A stretch of 63,668 nucleotides of DNA, filler included, from Atractiella rhizophila (taxonomy: Eukaryota): the NCBI GenBank assembly GCA_021432655.1. It is 7 parts of 6 records of this genome, joined end to end, with 100 filler letters (N's around TTAATTAATTAA, not from the genome) between each part and the next. Parts side by side here need not be neighbours in the genome. Positions count along the whole stretch, not along the records: positions 42,308 to 52,944 come from MU272064.1; positions 53,045 to 63,668 come from MU272065.1; 5 more parts are not named here. One strand, written 5' to 3'. The position numbers were made by a program, and so were the translations under genes. Shown here piece by piece: positions 48,538 through 61,756 of this stretch; positions within the stretch are counted from its first letter, which is position 1, and each line of letters starts with the position of its first letter. The notes beneath the pieces were generated by a model. It worked only from the letters and a program-made list of their open reading frames with translations. It ran no database searches and was not told where the DNA came from.

Positions 48538-49671
48538 TCCATCTGTCAGGAACTCGCCTGGTGTGTGGGATACCACCATTTTACACCCCATTCCTCAAAC
48601 AACTCCCTCACCGCGGCCGCTCGCGTAACTTCGAGAGGGTAGAAATCTGACATCGTCGATGATAGCTCCATCACAAATGCATTGTCAGCGGGCGTTATTT
48701 CGTCGTCCAAGAAGCGGCCGAATACAGGGTGGAGCAATGTTGTTGGATTCGTCGTCGTCGCCGAACGAGGTCGGTTGCAGAAGATTTGGTGCTTTGTGGC
48801 AGATTGTCGCTTTGCAAACGCACTTGGCTCGGCTCCTATCGATGGGGCAATTCTCACGTTATCTTCCAAGAAGCGGTGACGCCATGCCCTGATACGGTGT
48901 TGCTCAGCTGACTGAGGAAATGATGGAGGTTGAGATCGCAATGGTGCTAACCGAACGATTCAGGGAGGGCCAAAGATAAGAACGAGTTCCGAGTCGCGAC
49001 TTACCAGAGGCAGGGGCATCGACAACGACATGGACGTGGTGTGGATTTAGCGACTGCACGAAAAATTTCGGAGAGCAGATCGGTGGAAAACCGCAACGGC
49101 TTGTCATGACTGCACCCTTCAATTTCTCTTTCAGGTTTTCTTCATTGAGAAGATAGACTTGGTGAAGAGCTAGCAGTTCGGCGTGGATACCCGAGAAATA
49201 ATGTGAAGTGTGTCTCTTAATAGCCTCTTTGAGCTGTCCAACATTTCTGTTGGCAGAGATATGGATATTAAGCACATTGCCGACGTCGGTACCTCGAATC
49301 CAATAGTTGAGACCTGTGAGGAAGATGTCGATGAATAAAATATAGAGAAGTGAGATCGCACGGATATTGAGTGATTTATTGATGACGATGGTTCCCTTCA
49401 GATCAGGCTCCAAAAACACCTTCGATAATTCGACTTGCCGTTCTAGTTTGTCCTAGTTGCGCAAAGACATTGTATGAGATGTTTGTCGTCCGGCCGAGCG
49501 ACTTTATAGAGATCGAACGTTGTTGCTGACATGTCGCGAAGACACTCTGAGTTCTCGGTCTTGATAGCATGTTGGGGCTGTTCGACAGTTTTCCTGCTAG
49601 AGATATTGATGGTGAACACATTGCCGACGTAACCCAACATTTGAGTGCTGCAATGGTGGCGGTGAGAAAAT
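48538..49671 (-). pseudogene. Second partial copy of the Crinkler gene, between two N gaps
   Basis: Closely matches ~44990-46128 with substitutions and small indels. Confidence 0.85.
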
Positions 49672-50969
49672 NNNNNNNNNNNNNNNNNNNNNNNNNNNNN
49701 NNNNNNNNNNNNNNNNNNNNNNNNNNNNNNNNNNNNNNNNNNNNNNNNNNNNNNNNNNNNNNNNNNNNNNNNNNNNNNNNNNNNNNNNNNNNNNNNNNNN
49801 NNNNNNNNNNNNNNNNNNNNNNNNNNNNNNNNNNNNNNNNNNNNNNNNNNNNNNNNNNNNNNNNNNNNNNNNNNNNNNNNNNNNNNNNNNNNNNNNNNNN
49901 NNNNNNNNNNNNNNNNNNNNNNNNNNNNNNNNNNNNNNNNNNNNNNNNNNNNNNNNNNNNNNNNNNNNNNNNNNNNNNNNNNNNNNNNNNNNNNNNNNNN
50001 NNNNNNCTGCAGCCATCTCGGGAACGAATTACGATCAAACGCAACCAGACTCTTACAGTCATTGGGCACATGGAGCAAGATGAGGAAGAGAGGATCTTTA
50101 GATAGAAGAATTCCTTCCTTGATGTTAAGCTCCATCTCGATTGATGAATGCGTTTGATAATTGCTTTTTGTGAACTCGTGTATACACTGTTTCTGCCCAA
50201 GTTCATCGAAGTGTCGATTCTTACCGATGCATGCACTAGTTGACTTGTTTCGGTACTGAGCAATCGTACTCAAATCCGTTGATTGTAACTGTCAATTCAG
50301 CGGAATCATAGTCTTGACTGTCTTTCGATCTTCTCTAGGTAATATATTCATATACTTTAGTCCAGGGCTGATTGGCTTGCTAATCCAATTGCATGCAAAC
50401 GAAGTTGCTTCTTCAATTCTTTACAAACCAACGTAAGACGTTGAGTCTGATGTCTGGGTATATTACTGCTCCAGCAAAGACTGTGTGTCCCAGTGAGTAA
50501 CAAAATATTAGATCCTGCTTTACTAAAACCTGCAAAGTCGCTGCTACCTGTATTCACGCAGCCAGCGGACAACAATGAGGGGGGGTCAAGATAAGCGAAT
50601 TTCTGCGAAGACTTTATCATAAGAATACCGTTCTGAGTTCGAGCAAAATCAGTGCAGAAGCTGAAGCCTGAACATCACGATATTAATAGAAGGACAATAC
50701 TGCAGACACCACGATAAAACAGTTAATAATTCACACTGCTGACGACTTCAACGATAACGCCGTTAACCGAAAATGTGTTCTACTCCCTTTAAGGGCCACC
50801 ATTATCACGATCCAATTCGAAAACGTGCCCCATGGACTCTGAGGAACTATTTGAGCACAAACATGACTATCAGCAGGAACAATATGATATTTCGTGTTTC
50901 CTTGTTCCTACGCAAGTTGGGAACAGTTAATAAGTTCATGTATAACTTACCTGAAATCTTCGCTTAACA

Positions 50970-52470
50970 TCAAGTTAAAGATTGACGATACTTTTCTCCG
51001 TAATCTTCCAGATCCTCCATCTGTACCAACGTCTCTCTTCTGCTTTGGGACTCATACGGCCCATAACGCACCTGTACACTCCGTTCCAAGTCTTCGCGAT
51101 TACTTTGGTTACCAGTGGCAGGATTGAAATTGTTGACGAGTTGGTTAAACATCGCTGCCTCGCTAACATTCAAGTTGTCGATCTTCTTCGAAACCAGTTC
51201 TTCACGCGTACTCGGCTGGTTAGAGCCAGATCGAAGGTTGAGGACGATGCGTGAGGCCATCATAGTCGTGAAGGCGATGGTGAGCGGAGCATTGAGCGCT
51301 TTATTCGTAACGTTCGGCATGCTGTTCATGTCCACAAAAACACAACAACCGTCATTGTTGGAGAGGAGGAACGGAAGGGAAAGGACAAACAGGAAGTAAA
51401 TGACGTTAACTAGGTTACAAGTGGATGCCACCAAAAAGTATAGCATTCCGTCACGAAGAAAAATGGTAAGCAGGCGTGGACGAGGCCGAGGTGATATTCG
51501 CCAGTGCCTTATCAGCGGTCTACAGAACCGTTTAAAACGCTGGCCTGTTAGATGATATCAGACGAACATGAGGGCAAATATAGTTGCAGTCGTGTCGTAG
51601 AGGAGTGGTGGGAGCCTGCTTAAGCGTGAACGACAATTACTGCCAGGATGGGCCGATATACCAGTATGTCCAAAGGTAACTGTAGCAAAGCGTAAGCAGC
51701 GTTATCAAAGTGGAGGGAGGAAGAACTAATGTCTCACCTGTGGTGTCCCGTCCCAATACATCCCTTCAATCCTGGGGGTCTGTTGCATTTGTTTGTCAGA
51801 AATTTGGGTCGGCTGGCGGTGGGACGGAAAGAAAATGACGACGTACAACTCCAACCTTCGGTCGGGTAGGATAGCTATAATCTCGACGACGCTGCCACAG
51901 ATGGCAAAGATGCCGAAGAAATAGATGATCCACCTTTGACGGTCCCACATAGCCCACACTCTCGCCCCAAGTAGGAATTCGCATGCTACTGCTCGCATCG
52001 ACGTGTATCAGATTCATAGGGAAAAAGGACAGGAGGACATACAGAAGAGCACTGTGGTCGTCACAGGTTGAAAGAATTGAATCTTGTCGCAGACCTTGGG
52101 GTCAATTTCAATCCAGAGAAAAGTCATAAAGATGAGGAGGTCGATGAGACCACAGTAGCTTGTACGCAAGGTCATTGTTCTCCTCGATGAAAGTCCATTG
52201 ACGCACCGATTGATGAAGAAAACAACCCGGATTGGAGTCCAGCGCTCAGCCTTCCACATAGTCCTATATTCTTGTGGGAACGTGAGAATGAAATCGTAGG
52301 CGAAAACCGAGAAGCAGGCTGTCCATTGCGGTTAAATCAAATCAGAGAGGGCATCCTGAGATGAGAAAAATGTAAGATGAACCTGTTAGGTATGCGCGAC
52401 TTGCGGAAAGGATCTCCTCAAACGCTTCATGCTTCAAGGCCAAAGCAAGCTGCTCTTCTAGCGTTGCCAT
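50970..52470 (-). CDS. DUF6533-type multi-pass membrane protein
   Basis: AYDFILTFPQEYRTMWK...FFINRY, RVWAMW, IFLRDGMLYF, ASRIVLNLR; multi-exon. Confidence 0.88.
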
Positions 52471-53044
52471 GGCTGGAGGAATAGCTGAGCTAGACATAAC
52501 GTTTTCTGGTCGCACCAGACAGGAAGGTGGCGCGAGAATAGTGGAGCTAGCACGGGCAAAGGAGGAGTTGTGGCACCTGTATAAAGGGATGCGACCAAAG
52601 TCTCCAGTAACGGTGTTTGTTCAATCCGCATAAGACTCCAAATACCCCTGATCCTGAAAGTGGGGATACTCTTCGACAGCGAGAGGAAGGCATTACGATC
52701 TCTCGCTGCTCTGCTGTTCAACTGATGTGGAGTTCTCAACGGAGAGACATGCGCACTATCCGCATTCTATTCTCAAGGCGATGGCAGACAAGTCACGGAC
52801 AAGAAAGACGAGCATCAGTCTGATCAACTGGAGAATCATCGGCGGCGTCATGGGCTTCGATAATTCAAGCGTAGTTTGGCTCTGCTTTGACTCAATTGAG
52901 TTCCTGTACGGCGCTCCTATTCGGCCGTTAAACGCTTGATCCAANNNNNNNNNNNNNNNNNNNNNNNNNNNNNNNNNNNNNNNNNNNNTTAATTAATTAA
53001 NNNNNNNNNNNNNNNNNNNNNNNNNNNNNNNNNNNNNNNNNNNN

Positions 53045-53415
53045 TCCTCCGTCTCCATCCGCGGAGGAATGACTCCTTTCGGCCGCTTCAAAGGGCGGGA
53101 AGGACGCATCTTGTTTCCCTCCAACCACTTTCCTGGGCCGGGACGTTTCTGCATATCCGTCGGCGCATCCAATTGTGACGCCGAGGCTGAAGCTGCTGAA
53201 GTACCAGCGGAATCGGAAGTGGATGCAGTGGAAGTGGGAGTGGGATTGGAAGATACGTTTCCTCCAAACCGAATCTTGTGCAGCTGTGCGTCAAGGTCAA
53301 GGTCTGAATCTGAATCTGAGGAGTCGGGACGCTCCGCTTCAGCTGCTTGTCGCCGAAGGTCGTCTCGCTCGATATCTCCATCTTCCAAATCCGATAAATT
53401 CAGGCGGCCCATCAC
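53045..53415 (-). CDS. Unidentified gene fragment running off the contig end
   Basis: Acidic/Ser-rich open frame; upstream structure unresolved. Confidence 0.4.
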
Positions 53416-53836
53416 AAAAGAATAAAAAGAAGATGTCGTGTCTGCTTCAAGTTTGGGGAGAAAATTTTTCTGACGCAGGAGGGCGCTGTTGGACGGACGA
53501 CGGCGCTGCGCTTAGTGCTACCAAACTTTGTCTTGGTACCAATTGAGCATTCCCACGCGCTCCCGCGACGAGCCACAACACAGCGCACACTTCTTCGCGC
53601 AGTGTTCTGGGCCACCTTCACCTTCTTTGAACTGAGCTGACTTTGAAAATAACCTAAAAGTGGAGGAGGTTACAGAAGGTTGGATCTGATTTGTTAACTG
53701 CGCGTGAAGGAGAACGGGACAAAGATGCAATTACACAGAATCATCAATACAAATCAGACCAAAGGTAAATGTCAGGATTCCATAGCTTCAAAGCTCAGGA
53801 GCAGTGTCGGACTCCAACACTCCAACCCTGTCACCA

Positions 53837-54632
53837 TTAAGAAGGCGACCTGGACCGCCTACTGGCAGAGGATGAACTACGACGCCTCTTTCTAGGATTT
53901 CGAGTTGCCCTTCTAGAACGAGAGGCGGAGGAAGAAGAGTGAGAGCCCGAAGAATCACTGTCACTGTCACTGTCGCTCGAGGATCCACTAGAGTCATCAG
54001 AATCGGAATCGGAATCGGAGGAATCTGAGTCGGACGAGGAGGATGAGGATGAGGACAAATCAGCTCTGTGAGAAACTAGTTATTAGTGACGAAGAACACA
54101 GTTGCAAACCAAGCACGCACCTCTTTCGTTTCTTACTTTCTTGTGCCTCCCGTTCCTTTTCTTTCCCCTTCAGGATCTCGTCCGCCACTCCCGTCCTACA
54201 CAAAGTGTACTTTCAACCCAACATACCCTTTGCAGTGAGAAACGCTTACTTGTTTCTGAATTCGTCGGGGAGCTCGACACTCGGAGTAGTCTTTGCGACC
54301 TTTGGGTTCAAAAGTTGTTGGGTTCGACTAGGACGTGGTTTGTATTGCCTGGGGCAAGGTCATCAACCACTGTCCACAATGAAATGTAAAGAGAGAGGAG
54401 AACTCACGCAGTACTATTGCATTGATAAGTGAAATGCCCATACTGCTCGCATTTCTGGCATTGTGTATTCTTGCTGGCCGTCACGCCCTTGAGATTGTGT
54501 TTAGAGAACACACTCCCTGTGTCACCTCGTTTCTACAAAGTCAGGATGGTGAGTCTATCTCAGGTGATGGAGGGAAACAGGCCGTACGCCACCGAAGTAG
54601 TTCTTTCCCTTGGGAACATAGTTTCCGAACAT
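53837..54632 (-). CDS. CCHC zinc-knuckle protein with Ser/Asp- and Arg/Ser-rich tail (SREK1IP1-like)
   Basis: CQKCEQYGHFTYQC, YKPRPSRTQQLLNP, (SD)n tract, RRSRSPS. Confidence 0.85.
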
Positions 54633-55398
54633 CTCGTTGACTGGTCCTGGACAAATTGACTAGCGGAAGACCTGAGCTCGTGGTTGAGGACGGGAAGAGA
54701 TGTCAACTGCTGGAGGAGTGGGTGAAATGAGTGGAAGAAGTAGGGTCACTTAAGCTTCTTCCCGAATAATACTCCAACGGTCTTTACGGGCACCGATCGG
54801 ACCGACGGGCGGGCCGGAAGCCCCTCACGGTACAATTAAAACCCCTCCACAACTTCTGTTTTCTTCCAAAGCAATACTCGACACAAAATCCACATCTTTT
54901 GTTATACCGCACGCGGCGTCAAAGAAGGATAACATGGATGTTATTATGCGTATCAAAACGCTTTTCAGCTGCTCCTAAGTCTCGGGATGGATCAAGATGC
55001 TAATGATCACAACCCAAAACCAAAAACAGGTTGCCAAAACCCCCCCGCAACCCCAACCCCCGAAAACGCCGTAACAAAACCGCATAATGTGCTTTTATAT
55101 GAGTAACCGTGTTGTATGGTTATTTTCTTGTCTGAAGAGGATGGAGAGCTTTTCGGTGCATTGTAACCGCTGTATCTCACGTGTTTCCTTCCTCCTTCCT
55201 CCCAAGGAGCGTTTCTTCATTCTACGCACCCAGACCTACACCCATAAGCTCAACGTGACATTGTACGTCGGCACGCGTCCAGGCCCTTCCAAATTGCCCA
55301 GGTCGCGACCCATATCTCTTTAAAAAGTTAGCTTCTCGCGCGTCGTTTTCCAATCCTCTTCTTCACCCCACCCCCTTCGTTCTGTTTCAGAAACCAAA

Positions 55399-56238
55399 AT
55401 GCGCTTTTCTCCTTCTCAGACATCAAACAGCAAGGGAGATGTAAGTCTGATTGTTTCTTTAGAGATCACCCTCCTATCACTTTTGATGACCTTATTCTCC
55501 TTGTCTCTCCCTTGAATTTGAATGCGCGCACTGACTTCGAGATTTCCTTATAAGCTCACAAAGTTAACCATCAGCAATTTGGAAAATTTTGACAATTATC
55601 ATGCCCTACTGAGTTCGGTTCATGAGCAGTCGTGCCTGGAAGAAGAGTTGGACATGGTGAAGGACGAAGGGTTCTTGGGTATGTTCAAACGAGTTGGCAA
55701 TTGGATCCATAGAAATGTAAAGAGACCATGCCTGGAAGAAGAGTTTGACATGGTGAAGGACGAAGGGTTCTTGGGTATGTTCAAACGAGTTGGCAATTGG
55801 ATCCATAGAAATGTAAAGAGACCTTTTCCTCCACCTCTTTCGATGCCTGACCTTCACTGTTGACAGACGACAAGAATCTCTCGACGGGTCGGACACTTGC
55901 TTCGAGCAAACGAACCTAGAGTCGACACCATCGCAATTTCTCATCCTCGAAGCGTCGCATTCAGGTCCCCTTACGAAAGCGAGCGCTCTCTCGCAATGCA
56001 AAGTGTAATCGACGAGAATCTCCAGCAGCTCCTTTCACTCGAGGAGGCCCAACGTAGACGGCGTGCTCAGTCGGCTCAGGAGCTGGAGGAGTTGTTTGCC
56101 CCAAGTTCTTCAGACGGCTCCACTACTCCCATTGTGGGGTTCAATGAGGAAATGAGAAGAAGAAGTGAAGCGAATAGCATTTCTCACGACATGAATGACC
56201 TGAAGAAGAGGCTAGGGACGGATCCTTGCACTCGCTAG
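55399..56238 (+). CDS. Orphan spliced gene with an internal 96-nt tandem duplication
   Basis: ORFs 55522-55863 and 55897-56238 share a frame; a GTAAAG...CTGAC...GACAG intron spans the TGA. The start is tentative. Confidence 0.5.
55633..55823 (+). repeat. 2 x 96-nt tandem duplication
   Basis: tgcctggaagaagagtt...gtaaagagacc starts at 55633 and at 55729, with one internal mismatch. Confidence 0.95.
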
Positions 56239-56498
56239 GTTGCCTGGTGGGTCTTTAAACCTTTCCGTCCCCTCCAAAGGCGCTGACAACTATGACTACG
56301 TAGTTGACTTGCTCTGGTTCACGCCCATGCTTTCATGACTTGATACCGTGGCGTGGACCATGTTTATTTTCATGTTCGAACTTGAATTCCTCCTACCTGC
56401 GTCCGTGAAGGTTGTTCACTTTCTGAATGGATGCAATGTCATGCATTATGCTCGTTTCGGGGATAACGTAACCATTCGAATGAAGAAATTCCTTCATA

Positions 56499-57380
56499 TC
56501 AATCCACGTCTTCATCTATCTTGCCCTCCAGCACGGTGTCACCGGTCTCATCGAAGGTGACATTTTTCGGATGACCCCATGCTGGCTTGACTGCTTTCGT
56601 GTGTGAACCTTTGCTCCGCTCAACATCAGGCACTTTGAAAAATCGTGACACTCACCGAAGGCTACCAGCTTCCCATCGTTAGTGATCTCAGTTCTAGCAG
56701 ATTGGATGAGCGATCTTAATTCGGAAAACTGCCTGAGGACGAACCGGGTAAAGGCCATGGTCTTCCCCAAGTTTAGCAAGGAGGTCTCACAGATGATGGT
56801 ATCGCCTGGCTTTGAGCTTTTGAGATACCTGCTAACAATTTCAGAATCATCCCCTCCGAAAAGTAAAAGGGAGCCCAAACGTTGTAGAGATGTCCGTGGA
56901 GACGCCGGTCATGAAAAGACCTTTAGATGCCACTGACAAGGATCCCATGGTATCCACCAGACTCCCTATGAGTCCACCGTGTAATGTCTAACAGCATGAG
57001 CTTAGATATGAGGTGAATCCGAACGGCTGTAGGAGAAACCTACACCGAGCCGATTGACTACAGTCCAAGGTCAGAGTGTTTGATTATCACGCAACAACTG
57101 CCAATTGGGAACAGCGGAGACACACCATTGTAAGGCTCTACCTTGAGGGATGCTTTGACGTAGCCTGGCTTCGCAGAAATTATTTGAAGCTGTGTACGTT
57201 TGAATGTCAGCTCCGTGTTCCTTTCTGAGCAGACAGAAGACCAACATTAGGGAAACAAGTAGCATCATGCCCATTCGTTTTTAGGAATGAAGCCCAGACC
57301 TACATCAGACTATTAGAATATCGTTAGAATTTGAACGGCTCGAAACCTACCTGGCGCACAAATTTAGTAGAGGCCGTCAT
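56499..57380 (-). CDS. Hotdog-fold acyl-CoA thioesterase (PaaI/ACOT13-like)
   Basis: VDTMGSL, MTGVSTDI, YLKSSKPGD, LGKTMAFT, LVAFG/SHTK. Confidence 0.88.
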
Positions 57381-57894
57381 CTTTACTCTTATAGTTAAAA
57401 ATTCACAGAACCTCAAGCGCCGGCCCCAAGCTCGCAGCTAAGTCGTCGTTTAGGAGTCAGACTGTAAATGAGGAGCAGGTTTCTCAATCAGTCACACAAG
57501 CTAGAGAAGCGCAGTTTGTGCAGTTTTACTACCGAGTGACATTCGAACTTTTCTCAAAGTGGTAAACAAGCTAGTTACATCCAAGCATTTCATGAAATCA
57601 CGTGGCGACAATCTTCACCAGCAGCTTTCTGCTGAACTCTAGTATACTCCATCTTGGAATGGTCAGAGCCTTTCAAACTCCCCACGAGAAATCTTTCCTT
57701 CGGCATGCATCCGGCAGACGATTTTATATTCTCTTCTCTAAAGTCGATTGCGCCTCTTTGTATTCCCATTCCTTTACTCCTCCATCTCCATCACCAAAGA
57801 TTTGTCCCAGTCGCGCGAAAGCCATCGCTTAGGCTGACATTGTCCAATTCTCTTTCGATTCCCGATCGCTCCCCAGGTGATAATTGAATAATGC

Positions 57895-59059
57895 CTAGGT
57901 TACATTCGAATAGGTTACACCAAATGTCGCGAAACTTGACGAGATATTGTCGCAAGAAAACGAGCGTGTGTTCGTTCCAAGTTTCCGGACGGGCCTGAAT
58001 AGTGCGTGGAAACGAAGAGCTGCTGGATCAAACAGCACCTCAGTTAAGTTGCGGTTGGCTTGCTTCAGGCGTAACAAACACGTTTGGTGAAACCTTGCCT
58101 GCCTCAAATCTTCATTGACCAGGTCTTGCATTTCCTTGCCGAGTGTTCCAACGTGCGAGGGAGTCGCTGAGAGTGATTTCGACCATCTTCGATTGTGAGC
58201 ATTTCGGCAAAGATGACGAGGGATTTGAGCCTATAAAAAATGGGGCAATGACACTGGATTGCCAGTCGGGGATAGCAGCGATATTAGGAGATGCCTTCTG
58301 GTCATTGTTAAATAAACATTAGTAGGACAAAGATCGGGGTAGTGCAGTGTGTTAAAGGAAATTTGAAGGGAACCTGTTTACATCAAATTTGGTGTGCCGA
58401 AGTCGTTTTTCTGCCTTCATAGTGAGCATAACTATCCTGCAAATTTCACATCCTGCTCACGCTGTGGTTCATCAAAGAGCCACCGGTTTTCGGTGTCAAA
58501 AAATGTGAGCTGTAAGCCGTTTAATAACATATAAAACAGCTTCAATAAAAGGAAAACCGCCTCCCGCGTCGAGGCTGACTTCTTCGGAACTTTGCCACTG
58601 TTGACCTTGTCGCGAAGAGAATATTATTGCAGACAGATTGTAAGTGGATGAATCGGGAAGAAATGAGGAGGACACTGCACTTCCTCATCTCCACAATGAA
58701 TCCCTCAATTCTAAAGTCCTCTCTGTATTACAAAAGGTCTCAACCGCGAGATAGATGATGCGAGTAAAGACCTCGGCGGTCCGCCATGGGATACAGTAAC
58801 CTTGAACAAATGGCGGAACCTCCCAGAACTTGAACACGCCTAAAATAACGGAACAATGCTCCAAATGGATGTCTTTCGCTTCAATAAGCCAACGACACCA
58901 GCGTGTTTTACACTCAAGGCAACAAGATGCAGAACAGGAGAACACACCTTCAACAAAATTTGACAAATTGTTCAACACCATTTGTACAACAGAGTAATTA
59001 GAGGGCTTCAATCTAGCCTCAGTCTCGTCAAATTTTGTAGTGGTGATATTAAGCGACAT
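57895..59059 (-). CDS. Possible multi-exon hypothetical gene
   Basis: Same-strand ORF blocks 58685-59059 and 57895-58131; no recognisable motif. Confidence 0.3.
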
Positions 59060-59257
59060 TCAAGAATGCAATTGCGATAATGATTAAGCGAAGGAGTGAC
59101 GCACGTTGATGAAGACCTCGAACCGACAACCGAACTCGGTGATCTCATCAACGACGACCTCACGACTCGATTTCTTTCAGAGTCTCGGCGGCCCCCTCTC
59201 TGCCTACAGAAAGGGCATTAAGTTTCAAAAGTGTCAAAAGTTAGAAAGGTAGTTAAG

Positions 59258-61579
59258 ATGTTGTCTAATAGTACAGCACAAGTCAAACCGAAAAAGGAGT
59301 TTAAGTGCCCAGAGTAAGTGTCTTATCCCATGAATTGGGGGGAGGCCAATGGCTTGGTAGTTGCTCGAAATCGTACAGTCGGAAAGAGTTTGTGGAGAGG
59401 CATAGGCGTTTGCAGCGTATGCATCTTTACCTGAATCCTGTCCAATCTCATTGTTACTATCTAGACTTGGATGAGCGCCCTTTCGAATGTACTCAATGTC
59501 AATCGGCTGCATTTAGTCGTTCTGATCTTCTCAAAAGGCACCTGAAGACCTGCCCAGGCAAGGCGACGTTGAATCCTGACGGGAGCGTCAAGGTGCGAAA
59601 GAAGCGCCGAATTGCAAAGGATGCTCCGAGAGGCAATCAAGACTCTTCGGAGAGCCCTACCCAGCGGGAAGGTGAAAACACTGTGGGTGGCACATCCTGT
59701 AACTCAGGACTCCCACAAGTGTTGTCTCCAACAGCAGCCGATTTCTACGCGAGTCTCGACTTCCTCATTCCTAACTCATTCGATTCCACAAGCCTCCTTA
59801 CTTCTACAAATGTACCCTCAACATCCAATCTTTCTACCACTAGCTCGGAAACTCTTGAGCCTGGAGCAGTCTTCGCCTCAGACCTTATTGATAAACTGCT
59901 CAACCCCTCTGGCGAACCCGCTTTGACACAATTCGACGTAGCACCAGAGGATTCACCTGAGACTGCGAGCTCAGATCAACACCTCAATGTTCGAGATTGG
60001 AATCCAAGTGGTCCGCTGAGGTTCCAACCCGAGGATTTTACCCCCGATCTGCTCAACCTCAGTTCGACGGGCCTGTATCTCAGCCGTGATGATCCGGATG
60101 AGGACAAAGAAAAGCAGGCGGCGGAGAAATACATGAATGCTTTGGCGGCTTTTAATCCATCGACAGCAAGAGCGAAGACTTTGGCTGCTTGGGAACAGTG
60201 GGTGAGCGGACAGGTGGAGGAAGAGCAACAGCAACAAGAAGAACAGGCGGCAGACTCCCCATCACGAATGAAGGAGCCTTGCATGATGCCAGATAGTGCA
60301 TATGTAGGGATCGACTCCAATGTTACAAGCAAATATTACATTCCTCCAGAAAAGGTGTGTTTGCTTTCTCGTGTCTCCATGAATGTTTATTGACCCTGTT
60401 CGACAGTTTCTCAAAGGCGAGTTTGTCGCTTTGGCTCTGTTTCCTTACTCATGTCATGCCAACAGCTTACGCCTTCCATCAATGGTCCATCCCTGCCCTC
60501 CCCGTCCTCTCACAGTACGCAAAACTCGCAGTCACCGCTTTCCTTCCTGCTATCCCTGTGGCGCATGGAGCGAGTCTGCGAATGGCAGAAATGGACACAC
60601 ATTTAGCTTACGCAATCGCCGTCGCCGGTTCGTCGATTTCCCTCACGCTTGGCCCTCTAAAACTAACAACAAAACAGGTGCATTATTGGCCGCGACACCA
60701 GAAGGGAGCTTGTTCGGTGATCAGATGTTAACTGAGAAGCGAATATATATGGTGCGCGACTTTTCGGCACCAGGAACGAGTTTTGCTGTCAAGTTCGCTT
60801 CTCTGCAAGCATAGTTGGTCTACCAACTCGTCGGATTTGGACACAGAGAGGCACATCATAGGTCGATGGGTCATACATTTCACGGCTCCGCGGTAGGTCT
60901 TGTCGGCGTAAGATTCCGAAAGCTGACAACAGTTTAGGTCATGATGATGCGCCAATTGGGCCTAATAGCCATGGTGAAGAAACAAGAAAACGAGTTTCTC
61001 CCTCCTCTCTATACATTCGCCAACACTGATTTGGAGCGACGCTGGAAGAACTGGATCGATGTTGAAACGTGGCGTCGCGCCGCTTTCCTCGTCTGGCTTA
61101 GCGACCTAGAGTGCGCTCTGCGCTTCGAACAGGCCCCTCTCCTTCCCCTCGCTGAGCTCAGCCTCACCCTTCCCGCGCATGACGATCTATGGAACGCTGT
61201 CTGCCCCACAGCTTGGGCTGCCAGTGGTCCAACGTACAAGCATCCGCCAACCTTCCCAGAAGCACTGCAGCTGCTCTTGTCGGACTCCTTTCCCTCTGAT
61301 ATCAATACATCTCCCCTGTTCCCCATGGGCTCTTTCTCTTTTATGCTCATATCGCGCACGCTTGGATACATGATGCGCTCAATCGAAGATTCAATTCAAA
61401 TAGGAGGCCCGTCGAGGTGGTATGATCTAGTGAAGTTTGTCGAAGTCGGAGGGACATATCAAGAGACATTGAAGACGGTACAGAGGGCTTTCGTACGTTT
61501 AGAAAAGTTTCGAAGTTCCTCCAATTCAACACGAGTGTCGGAACTTAGCGAGGAATGGATACAAAATATTGCTGCTTGA
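59258..61579 (+). CDS. C2H2 zinc-finger transcription factor with fungal-specific TF domain
   Basis: Spliced FKCPDCSKSYSRKEFVERHRRLQH and RPFECTQC...FSRSDLLKRH; WKNWIDVETWRR...LPAHDDLW. Confidence 0.9.
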
Positions 61580-61756
61580 AGTGCTTGCACTGTGTGTTGC
61601 TGTTCACGGTTTACTGTCTGAGTTGTCTATTAGTACAAGTGTACTTAGCATAAATTTAACGTGCTAACAAAACATAGAATCGCCTTCACTTCTCACCAAA
61701 CTGCTGCACTTTTCAACATTCTGATTGAAGTGGCAGTTTTGAGCTCCGATTGCCAA

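Noticed and set aside
49403..50273. Long ORFs of 276-286 aa
   Set aside because: They are open only because they run through 335 Ns.
55861..55863. In-frame TGA as selenocysteine or readthrough
   Set aside because: It falls inside a well-formed 54-nt intron.
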